A stretch of DNA of 64,000 nt, taken from assembly GCA_028534125.1 (NCBI GenBank), contig CM052817.1, positions 87,856,001 to 87,920,000 of the forward strand, read 5' to 3'. Below, in pieces: positions 52,176 to 64,000 of this stretch; within the stretch, counting starts at the first letter, position 1, and the number at the start of each line of letters is the position of its first letter. Position numbers and translations under genes: made by a program. Origin of the DNA: Lama glama. Its lineage: Eukaryota. The notes under the pieces were generated by a model. It was not told the DNA's origin. It did not search any database and saw nothing but the letters and a program-made list of their open reading frames with translations.

Positions 52176-54538
52176 TAACTATTTTAATAATAATATCATT
52201 ACACATATATATTAAACTTTTAAGAATAACTTATTAAGAATTACAACCTATAATTAGAAGCATATAGCTGAGCATTTTAATTAGCTTCCTTTTAGATTTA
52301 ACAACATCCCTTTTCAAATTAGGAAAATTCAAATAAAAAAAATTCCATATTTTACAATCAAAAGCTAATACTGTGGTCTAACAGAAGGTGAACCATTTGG
52401 TGTTTAAGAGCATAGGTTTTATTTTATAGTATAATAATTGTCATGATGAAATAGCAAAGAAATCTAAAGTTGGAAAAGATGATTCTAATTACAAAGCTGT
52501 AGTATCTACTGTCATTTACTAGATCATAAATTTAGTTTAAACATCTTGATCATTTTAGTTGTGAAACAGGATAAAAAGAAAATGATTATTTTTAACCCTG
52601 AGATCTATATGTACCTGGGAATAAACTATTTTGTATCTGTCCAGTGAATGCATTTTCATTATTCTTTAAGTGTATGTTAAAAAATGACATACTTATGAGC
52701 AAACCTTTTTACAGTAATTTAATAAAATCATTTTAGATTTATTCCTTTAATCTAAATTGTTTGAAAACTATTATATAGGCAGTATTCATAGCAGTACTTA
52801 CTTACTGGTTTCTCAATTGGAGGATTTACCTACCTAAATTATTTTTGTTGATAAGTTATAAAATATAACCTTAAAATAAAATAAAAAGTGTTCATTGTGC
52901 ATCTGTGTTCAGGCTTATGCTTTGTTCTAGAATAATTTGCAATCTACTTGGTAAAAGTCATATATTTGTGCAGGTACTTACATATCTATGTAGGCAGTAT
53001 GTCCTCAGGTTCAAAATTAAAGCAATGACAAATGTATACAACAACTCATTTTCTGTACTGTGGTTATGTAATAGTGAAATAAATGCAAATATCCCACTGC
53101 CTGAACAACTAAAATTTTTACTGTTATAGCATTTTATTAGATATAAAGCACATAAAAAACAAGATAATAAATATTTAAATAAAAATTTATTACCTTTAAA
53201 ATTTATGTAGTTGAATTTATAAGTCTAGGAGTTAGGAAAGCTGCTGATTTCATTTCCATATTTAAAATCTAGAGAATCTGTATTTAAAGAAGGTTGGGGA
53301 ACTGGCTAAATTTCTTGAACACCTGTGATCTATAGATGAAAAAATAGACTTAGTCTTTACATGGTAAATTTTAATGTATTAAGGGGAGGTAAATGCAAAT
53401 GGATCTAAGTCACTTTAGACAGCTAAACAGCTGCTTTTGTTGGATGGAACAAAAGGTTTAAAAGGTACTTATTTAAGCTCATGCTAATTTGATTGACTTC
53501 TTACATTTTTTCCTCCTACCAGTTTTAACTCTTGCTTATCTACTCTCTTTATGATTTAACACGTTTTCTGTAATAACACTCATTCATACTTCCATTTAAG
53601 TAGCAAATTGTCATGAATTACTCATTAACAATTCAGCAGCCCTTGAAATAGACACTGAGTCTTTCAGGTGGTGTTTTATAGATGTTATTATAGGAGCCAG
53701 TGCTGCTGTTAATCAAGTTTTTTTTTTTTCTTGTTTTTCCAAGTTTTATTCTATCTCATTTTTCTTTACATAGAAATATTAAATTTCATTTGTACAGGAT
53801 TAAAAATATAAACATTACATTTAATTAAAGTGATGACGATAAAAGTACATCAAAGTTTCCTTCCTTCTTAACTAGATTAACTGCAATTTATACAAACTCT
53901 GAGAAAAATCCCAAGCCAGGTACAGCCTTGAGGGCAAGAACATAGCTGATATAACTACTTCTCTGAATCACAAAATTCTGTGGGGGCAGTTGTGTTCTTT
54001 TCTGCCTAGTATCATTTCATAAAAGAGCAAAGGGAGATTCGTTCAGGCAGCCACTGACAGACACGGAATCTTAAAACAGCATATTAAAGCGACTGACCCT
54101 TTCTTTCCCCGTAACTACTTCAAACTGTCTCTATTCTCTTTAAACCTCCCCCAATGCTAACTTTCTATCTCTACACTGCCCATCGGTTGCTGTCTAGCAC
54201 AAACGGAAAATAAATGCCACCAAAAGGCATTTTCTTTTCTCTTTTTTTTGTCACCTTGGGAAAATCTGAGTAACATACTTTCCCTGGGTGAAGTTTATAT
54301 TTCTGATAATCAGGAAATCCAATACTATGAAGTTCCAGTGTTATTCCTTTTTACTCAGGAAACCTCTAGGTAGTTACTTACTTACTTCTTACTTCTGTCC
54401 ATGTGTACAAACCTGAGTATGCAAACACACACATAGACACTCGCACACGTGCACACACACGCATGTAGATCTTTCAAATGCAGAGTAAGCTCATTTCAAA
54501 GATCAGCTGATATTTTATACAATTTATGGATTCATGGT

Positions 54539-54985
54539 TGTAATAAAGAGTCTGACTTTACTGTTGATGTCTGACCACTGGGAGTTTTCAGGTCCCACAC
54601 CTCCCACTTCCTCTCTTGCTCCATATTTGGGAAAAGGGATGAAAAAGCTTGCATAGTCCCTGCCCTTGCACTAGTGGGAAGTTCACACCCCATGCACAAA
54701 GCACATCCCTGTCAGTGCACTGCCACACTCCCTTGCCCCGCTTACTCCAGCCCCTTCTCCTAACCACAGCAAAATCAGAGCCACTCCACCCCTCCCTTTG
54801 CTCAAGCCCTTTTGGCTCCAACTTAGGAGCCTGTCCTATCCTCTCCAAGAGTCTCATGTGTGTGATAAATTCTTACATAGCTTGTTGGGTATGTGTGTTA
54901 TCAGTCAACTCCCTAAAAAAATTTTTTTAGTCTGTCCTAGAGGACACATTCTGAATGCTACTGTAAACTTACTTAAAAGGTTAGC
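54539..54985 (+). mobile_element. Old ERV LTR, family not assigned
   Basis: Starts TGTAATAAAGAGTCTGAC, C-rich U3-like body, polyA-like gataaa near 54865. Confidence 0.6.
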
Positions 54986-55087
54986 ATAGAGATGAAATGT
55001 TTGTTTTCACTGATAATACAAATAATTTTGAGGAGGAAATATTTTGGTAAAAGTGACACTTCTACAGAATTAAAAACCTATGGAGTA

Positions 55088-55445
55088 TGTATTAATCAGT
55101 GTTTTCCAAAGGAAGGGAATCAGTAGGATGTGTGTGTATTTCATATATGTAGAGATTTATTGTAAAGACTTGTCTCCTAAAATGATGGTGACTGGCAGTT
55201 CCAGATCTGCAGTGTGGGCTGTAGGATAGAGGTTTCCCAGAGGAAACCGTGGTGAGAATGAAGGCTGAAGACGTCATTGGAGAACTTTCTCTTGCTTGTC
55301 TTTTTGTTCTCTGTAGATCTTCAGTTAATCAGATGAGGCCCACCCACATTACAGATGGCAATCCACTTAACCCAAAATTCACCCATTTAAATATTAATCT
55401 CATTCAGAAGTACTCTCAAGTTCACACATAACATCAACTATCACA
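55088..55445 (-). mobile_element. MLT2 (ERVL) solo LTR
   Basis: tgtattaatcagtgttttcc...gatgaggcccacccacatt...aactatcaca; 5-bp TSD GAGTA at 55083-55087 and 55446-55450. Confidence 0.9.
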
Positions 55446-58400
55446 GAGTAGAAATATTAGCATTATTGGTAGTGCATATACAATTTATAATTGTTTCACC
55501 AAAAGCTATGATATGCTACTAATTGGCATAAATATGGCATAAATATATAAAGTGTATATATATACATATATATATTACATAATATATGTGTTAGTGTGTG
55601 TGTGTGTGTGTATGTGATAACTATAGTAACTGACAAAATTTATGGAACAGTTGTTGGAAAACTCATACTTCAACCTAGAATACTGGATTTTTCTCTTCAT
55701 TTCTGATAATCAATATGCCTTCAGAAATATTTGAGTCATTGAAGGATGTCTTATAAATTACCCTGTGTATTCCACAATAATATTTATAGTTTAAATAAGT
55801 GAATGCATTAAATTTTGTTTGTATTTGTTCAAAAACGACCTGAAATCTTTAGTCAAAATATCTTATAGATAAAATGGTTAAAAAATTTTTTTGAAGATTA
55901 TAGTGAACTGCAAATTTTTTAAGTTTGCAAATAAAGATCTCTTTCATGACCCCACAAGCTGAACCTAGCACCCTTTGGCCCACGATGTCCTTCATACTTG
56001 TTCTGTACCTCACTTGCAGGAACTGAAAAATTAGATGGTGACTACTCGAACACTGTATGAAGGTACAAATTATGTAATTGAAATTTTAAATATCCAACTG
56101 TGGGAAACTCTTCAAAGAAATTTCAGTTTTTAACTGGATAAGTATATTTTATACTGAAGGGAAACCAAATGGCAAAGGCAAAATCCTGTAGCATAAAAAC
56201 TTGGTCAAATGTTCATGAATTTTGTCTTGAAAAATGTTGGTGGAAATTGGTTATTCAGAATGGTGACATTAAACTAATACCTATGATTATCTTTTGAAGA
56301 TATCAATAATCTCACATTTATTAACCACAAAAAGCCACAATGATAAATATTAAAAATTAAAGATAATAATATACTGTTGAAATATTTTTCTGAGAAATAG
56401 CAATACATGAATACTGGGAATATACATAGCAGGCCTTTTACTTTCTAAACTAGATATATGTTTTAAAATTATATATTATTTTTTGGAAAACATTCATAGG
56501 ACCAGCAAATAGATTTTTCTAGGTAGTTGGGCCCTATGAATAGTTCTAATTAAAGCTGTTTTCAAAAGTAAAATCCTTTATAAGGAAAACAAATGACATA
56601 TATGTTCTCATTTTTTGCCTTCTTAACTGTCACTCATCATAAGCCTCACTTCCAAGAGCTTATCAGTGCCCTGTGGGAGCTCTTCCCTGATCCCACAAGC
56701 TGGGTCAAGCACTCTCCAGGCCTGTTCTCCTGCTCTTTACCAGACTGCAGAGAAATGATCACTCTACTGTTTCTCACTTCACTATAGAAGGAAGCATTCA
56801 AATTCAAACATGCGAATTTGCAACACTTCAAGTCATATTGTAGGCATTCGATATGCACTTTCTATTTAGCTAAGTGTAATTTTGTTTTATGGGAATATGA
56901 GTGATGGATATGAATATGGCCAAGGTGACAAAGGGAAAATTCTTGCATTTTAAAGTATGTTCCTGAGGAAAACAATCTGTTTCTGGTATATGTCATTGAT
57001 GGTATATAATGAATAATAAACAACTTCATTGGCATTAAGATTACCCAAATATAGTCCATCCCCATTGCTGTTGATGAGGGAAGGTCATCATTTGTCCTGC
57101 ATAAAGACCACTGAATATCCACAGAGAGTCCACGATTTTCTCTTATTACCATTTCCAGTGTCCTTCCCATCCTCTACAGGGTCCAAGCTTCATGCCCTGC
57201 TCCAGTGCTTATCCAGTCCAGGCACTGGCAAACTCCCTCCTGTTGATTACACCAGCAGATTGTGGGTAACAGCAGCAGTGGACACACAACTACAATTGCT
57301 GGATTTTCCTTACAGGCTGTAACTGAATCCTAAAAACTTAAATTCTTATATTTCACAAAATGTTAATGCCTCCGTAATATTCTGTTATGTGATCCCCAAC
57401 TGTCATTCCAACAAGGCTGATCACTTGTTTCCAGGAACATTCAGTGTAGTATTTACATTCCATCAGTGTCCATCATGTCAGAGACACAAGCATGAGAAAA
57501 GTGTGTTCATTATAGTGAAAAATCATTTCAATTGACTGAAATAGCAATTTTAGTTTATTTGGACATCGTCTATATTAAGCCAGTTTAAACATGCAATGAT
57601 CTTATAGGTCAAAGTACTTTGCAAATTAAAAGGACACATCATGAACCACAATTAAGATTAATAACATTTCAAAATTGTGCTATTGGATATAGTTTTTGAG
57701 AAAATTTACGATAAGCTTGTTCCTACTAGAAAATAACTTAATTTAGAGGTCCAGAGAAAAGAGAATTAATAACATATTTATGAATGAATGATAACCACTA
57801 TATGTGTAAATATGTGTGCACACGTTAATAGGTTACACATTGGAAAATATGGAAAATTTAAATATGAATTTAAAGAATCATGCATCATAAATCAGATGCA
57901 TCAAGGATTATAATTTAGTTCTGTGTCTAACAGTGAACTCAGAACATAGACCATTGACTATTATTTCTTTAGTTTGCTGAATTAAACTATTATTTAAGAT
58001 GGTTACCAAAGATATAGGATCTCTTCTAAAACATATCATATTCACCCAAACCTGCGAAAAGCTAGTTTTATCATCCCACTGGTGTGATGAAACATGCACA
58101 GGTGGCAAATTGTCTTTTTTTAAAAACTGGAATTTACAAAAAAGCATTTTAAATTTTAGAGACCCCAACTGAATTGATTTATAATCCACTATGGCCTAAA
58201 TAATGATTTGATTGTAGTATGCCAAGGAATATACTATGATATATAATTGAGCCTCAAATAGTAGAAGTTACTCCATTTGTAATACATTTAAAGAATAGAA
58301 TAACTATAATGTTTGAGGGATATTTCCTCCAAACAGCAAATCTTTAGTTTACCCACCTGTAAATATGTTCTGAATATTAGTTCTCTAACACCAGTATAGA

Positions 58401-58519
58401 ACTCAGTAAGAATACAAATGGGATAGAATTAAATAATTTTACTGGCAAATATTTACATGAATATATAATATACAAAGTCTTTAATAATTCCATAGATAAA
58501 CATGAGGCATTTAAAAATA

Positions 58520-58720
58520 TCTATTATGTATTTATTGCTTTCTATGTATGCAACTTGCATTAACAAATTTAATATATGTATTATCTCATTTAATCTTTGT
58601 AGCAATCATACTAGGTAGAGATTATTATTGTATAGATGCAAATGCTTAAGTGTTGAAGCTGGCATTCAAACATGTATTTGTGTGACTTTAAATTCATTCT
58701 GTTAACCTCTGTGACACAAT
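58520..58720 (-). mobile_element. MIR fragment
   Basis: tattatctcatttaatcttt...aggtagagattattatt. Confidence 0.55.
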
Positions 58721-60654
58721 ACCCTACATCAGAATTCCTGCTCTTCTGGAGGATGTTACTGGAATATGAAGCTAGTAATAATCAAATCTGTTTTGAATTT
58801 AGTATTATTTTTAATTAAGAATTCAATTTGAAGTTGATATCAGTTTATTTCTTCTTAGATCAAATAACATTAACATTTGTGAATTTGTGAAATTAAATAT
58901 CTCATTACTGGGTGTTTTATGTTGAATAAGTATTTCTGGAAGGTAATGACTTTTTTAATTTTCAAAGTAATTGATTTTGATAGCTGATCACTTATACACA
59001 TGCATGAAATTTCTTATTTGCAAATTGGACATGGGGGTAAAAATATTTTACACCGTATACAATAGCTTGTCTCTCCATGACTTCCCTAAACCTGTGAATA
59101 TAGTTACTAGTTTTAAATAGTACAACATAGACTGCCATTTTGTTAGTTATGTGAGAGACACTTGTTTCCCATGTCAAAACCTAAGGGGTCTTAAGAACTA
59201 CGTCAGTGAAAAAGGCCACCTATAAAATAAGGGCAATCTGTAAATAAAGAAACGTAATTGTGTTTTTTCACAAAGACTATTTGAATTGCTGGAATAGAAA
59301 AATATGATGATAGAAGATGTTGGGAAACTAAAACAGGGCAAATTCCTACATCCTCAAATTTAGGAAAACAGCAATCAGCAAAAAGAGATCTTATTCATAA
59401 TTGAGTTCACAATATTCAGTACATAAAGTAAAATTCAAAAATCTATTTTTCCTGTTTTAAATTGTAAGATGGGATGCATATTCTTATAAAAATGACAAAA
59501 TTACTGAGATAAAAATATCTCTCATATAAATGAAACAAACCAAGGTGCCAAAAATTCATATAGTTCTGTTCCTTTTGTTTGAAAGTCTGAGAAATATAAT
59601 TGGAAGAGTAAACAAGACACCATTAACAATAGCTACTTCTGGGGAGTGGAAATGGGCTAGAAGAGAATATTTTTATTTTATAAATTCTTATATTTTTGAA
59701 CTTGATAATGTATATATCATTATCTGTAATGAAAACTGATACTTAATTTTTAAATAGTATATCCAAAGTCATTAGAATTTATGGGAAAGTAATAAATAAA
59801 ATATGTATTTGGAAGAGTCTTGTATTTAGCAAGGATAACATTAATGTGAATTTTAGAAAATTGCAGGGTAATGTCTGAGTAGTCCACTAGCTCCTTCCCT
59901 GCTGAGAACTGAAACCCTAGCAAGAAATCAATTCATGGCTCTTAAAAATGATACAAAGTACATAAAATCCTTAAAAATATATTCATTTATTCAAAAATAC
60001 ATTATCATTTTCAACACTACATACCTGGTGGAGTAGAAATTCTAGGCATTCTAATTGTTGTGTATAACTGCCAGCATCTTGGATATGTGTGGGAGTGTGA
60101 CCTAAAACTTATGTCAACAAAAACAAGATAGAGGAAGAGAAACTATTGTTTGAAGTGATGATTCTGGGTAAAAGCAAAGATAATATCATGGCAATTTAGA
60201 AACTGTATGCCTATAATTTCTATATCCCCCTATTATTATTGTTATTACCACTTTGTCTGTGTCTTTAGTATAAATAAATGTGTGTTTATGCCTATATCAA
60301 TTCCTGTATCTTTATGTTTATCTGCACTGATTTTCATTTTTACATAAGTCTTAGACATGTGGGAAGTGATTGAAAAGATACTCAAACTTGCATGCATGTG
60401 TTCTTGCATAATTGATCATTGTTATATAAATTATCATAAAATAAACTTCTTTTCAAACAAGAAGTACCAAAAGCTTAAGCTTGTAGCAAACAGGCAAGCA
60501 TATAAGGATATATGTAGAAAGAATATTTGACTATAGGTTCTATTCTATATTTTCTAGGATGATTATTCCTTGTAACTATTATTTATTTTATAGCCTAGCA
60601 TCTGCTTAGGGATTTTTTTCAAAATGTTCTAATTAATATAACCAATAGTAATAT

Positions 60655-61340
60655 ATAAGATTACTTTCAAGTTAATGAAGGTTAAGCTTTGGTGTTCCTC
60701 ACTTGCAGTATTTTTATACACTTACTTTTGGGGATTTAATTTGCAAAAGAAATATAATTTTAATAGTAAGTGAGTAAGAATGATGTCTCTTTCCACTACA
60801 ACTTCCTATCCATTATACTGTCTGAAAGCATGGTGTAAGGTCTGGTGTTTTGGGTATTAGATTAAGGAAAGGTTGAGTGTACATTTCTGCTATGGAATTT
60901 GAGGTGTAAATTTGTATGGTTCACACAGTTGTTTACTGCATTTTTCTAACACTCCCACACTGTGGTGTTATGCACAGTAGAAGCATGTTAACATTCTTAC
61001 GAACTTTGGCCATGCCAGCCAGGAGTATCCTGTGCTCTCACACCCTTTTAAAGAAACCAGGGTAGAGGAAAGTCTGAATGAGTGTTCTGTTTTGCTGTAA
61101 AAAGAAACACAATCAAGGTTTGTGCAGAAAAATATATTATTTATGGATGTCTTGAAGTGTGTAGTAGTTTTCTACTTTATAAAATTTAAGCACTGTTATA
61201 AATTATTTTCTCATTCCTATTAAAAAGCTACTTTCATACTTGATTTTAATGTGTAATTCTGTGTTCTTAAAGCAAACTGTTTAAGCTAACCCTTCAAGTT
61301 GGGTAAGCTTTAGGCCTGAAAAACACAGATTCTGTCCCTA
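60655..61340. mobile_element. hAT-Tip100 DNA transposon remnant (MER115/Zaphod-like)
   Basis: aagttaatgaaggttaagcttt...cctcacttgca and tgtctctttccact at the left end; taagctttaggcc...gattctgtccct at the right end. Confidence 0.65.
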
Positions 61341-63519
61341 ATTCTCACCCCAAGTCTTTATTATTACCCTTCAGTGAACTTGTTCAAGTATCCTGATTTC
61401 CCCACTTATAGAATAAGATAATGAAATTGCCATTTTGAGGACTATTTCTGTTTTTTTTGTAACATTTCAAATATGGCTTAAGCCAGTCAGTCTAGTTAGA
61501 GACTAACATACCCATAGGAATATGTAACCTACTAGGAATACATTTTAATCGAAAATGTTGAAACCATTTTAGTTAGATATGGAGTAGAGAAACAATTTAC
61601 ACTTACTTCCCTGGGGTTCTCTTTTTAAATGATTCATTATCCAGATCAAGACACCAGACTCTAAGAGTAACAGAATTATTAATTATGTTCATGAATTATA
61701 GCAATAAAATTAAGAAGTAAAAGTGAATATTGCTTTAAAAATATACATTCCATAATGTATTCAATTATAATAGAACTGAATTCCCTAATTTTATGATTTC
61801 ATTTTTTTCAATTCAATTATTTAGGATGAAAGAATTATCTCATGTTTTCTTTGTATCTTCAGCTACAATTTCTAAAAAGAACAATTAAAATCAATTATTG
61901 TTTTATTTCTCCTTAAAATATAAGTTCTTAAAAGTGCTAGAAATGAACATATAAATTTGAAAATCTCAAGAAAATCAGCTTTCCCCTTTCCTGATGAATT
62001 TGTGTCAAGTAGAGTAAGCCCTTCTATTTTTTCCCTTTGAAAGCTGATTTAAATTTCCACAGAGAACATTCTCATCCTTGTGGTTTTTCACATTGACTGG
62101 GGACTTTTCCCCAAGGCAGGGTCTTTCTCTACAGGGAAATCTCACAGAATTTTTTCTAATCAGAAATTCTTGAGTTGTTTCCTCTGTGAGAGGAAAAGTG
62201 ATATGGTAGACTCCAGGGAAATACTAGTTCTAAGGTTTTGTTTTTTTTTTTCTTTTCTTAAAAAAAAAATCTATTCCTTCAAGGAAAAGGGAAGTATTGC
62301 TATTAATAAATAGCACAAAATGAAACTGATATTCAGTTAGGAAATAGGCAGTTTTAACAACAGGGATATGAATCAGTATTTTGATCTTTAAATGATCAAT
62401 TTGTCTCCAACTATAAATCAAATAGTTACAAATTATATTTAGTTTGTCCTACATAAATTCAGCCTCAATTTAAAATGAGGGCTTATTAATGAAAAGCATA
62501 ACTTCTAGAAGCTACACTGTACACAGGAATTTATACAACTCTTACCAAAAGTACATGTTAAGATGTATTCTAAGAGATGACCAAACTATTTTAGCAATTG
62601 AATGTTACTCTGGGCCAATGTTCCATGTAAGTTTTAGATATGCTAGAAAAAAAGTTTTTGTCTAAGAGGTATTCTGAAAAAAGATGTTTTAATTAATCAA
62701 TACTTATGCCATTATTTAAACTTAGTCTGATTTTTAAATCTTCATAATGAAATGTTTTGTAAATTTGAATATAGTATTATCTTTGGAAAATACACTAACT
62801 TAATCCAAGAAGAAAATTGACACTGAGAATAGAAATGTCCTATCAAGACTGTTCCAACATACAGTAACAAAATGATATAAATTAGTACTTGCCAAAGAGT
62901 ATGTTTTCAGTAATAACAGAAACCTAAAACCCTGACTATTCAATTTCCCATGACTTAATTTAATCAGTTTTTCAGTTGGCCAATTGTTTTCATTCTGCAC
63001 ATTCATATTTAACTTTCATGTATATTTGATGTTATTTATATGAAGAATTTTTTCCTTGTTCAATTAATTTCCACCTTTGGTATAGAGATTAATAATAATA
63101 CCTGCTATAATACATTGTTCCCATTTTTTCTATTTTCATGTGATAATAAAACACAAACTTTTACATGTATAGAATTTTGTGTGTGTAAATCACCAAAAAG
63201 AGAAAGAAAGAATAAGAGAGATGAAAAGAGAGAAAGAAATAAAAGATTATAATGTATTAAAATGTATATGCCTATTAGTTAATTTGCTTCAACATCTCTC
63301 CACAGTAATATTACATAATAAATATCCATTAACAATAACTACAAATGCAACCTATTTTATTCAATGTTTGTATAATATTCTAAACCTACTCAAATAATCT
63401 AGTATTGCTAAACCTTCAAGGGGTTTCCAGCATTTCCCAAATACAAAGTTATGGCAGTACACATTATTTTACATACAGCCTGAGTGGTGGTGCTTTTATT
63501 TCCACTCTCTTGATTCCTG

Positions 63520-63910
63520 GAAGAAGGAATGCAGGGTTCCAGAATAATTTCCATCTGTACGGATATTAACAGATTATTTTCTCAAAAGACTGTAGCAATT
63601 CACAATTCCTACAGAAACATAAAGTGGTCTTTTTTTCTCATCCCTATCAGTACCCTGATGATGTCTTATCATGTTTTTTTTTAGTTTCACTCAGTCTAAT
63701 ATGAAAAAGAGGTATGTCATTCATCAATTAATTTGTGGTTTCTTTCCTTCCAGTAGTGGTTATTTGGTTGGTCTCTCTGTATAGTATTTATAAACTGCAT
63801 TAAATTTTCTACCAATCTTTTAGTATTTTATTGGACACTTGTAGAAATTATTTACATAGTGCATATAATATATTATCTGTTATATATTCTGCAAGTATTT
63901 TCCCTGGCTT
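63520..63910 (-). mobile_element. Old L1ME-type fragment
   Basis: gactgtagcaattcacaattcctac...tctgttatatattctgcaagtattttccc. Confidence 0.55.
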
Positions 63911-64000
63911 TCATTAACAGTATTTAATTAAAAATAAATGAAAAGATATATCATAATATATATATATTAACCAATTAAGAATTATGCTATAAAATATATC

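Noticed and set aside
57150..57329. Minus-strand 180-nt segment bounded by AG and GT, GC-richer than flanks
   Set aside because: All three minus-strand frames contain stops and no peptide was recognisable. A non-coding exon or ancient repeat cannot be excluded.
1..64000. A novel multi-gene biological system
   Set aside because: No intact coding genes or operon-like organisation were found. The recognisable structure is explained by known transposon classes and one pseudogene.

Overview
AT-rich mammalian genomic DNA, intergenic or deep-intronic, with two 500-N scaffold gaps (21403-21902, 49312-49811). The repeat content points to a cetartiodactyl, probably a camelid (inference). I found no intact protein-coding gene, RNA gene or prokaryotic-type system; nearly all listed ORFs are chance, repeat-derived, low-complexity or N-gap artefacts. 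Much of the window is transposon debris: L1, L2, L3/CR1, MIR, MaLR/ERVL/ERV1 LTRs, a Tigger MITE and a hAT element. The main feature hidden from the ORF track is a 5'-truncated, disabled minus-strand copy of the oocyte-specific linker histone gene H1-8 (H1FOO) at about 49812-50739. It is split by a 553-bp solo LTR with a CCAG target-site duplication (TSD) and joined directly to an L1 3' UTR. Other notable items are a CpG-rich young L1 5' UTR beside the first gap, an ERV-L integrase remnant next to a MaLR element, and an L1 with an apparent inversion. Repeat family names are recalled from consensus sequences, not from a database search. Boundaries without a TSD are approximate.
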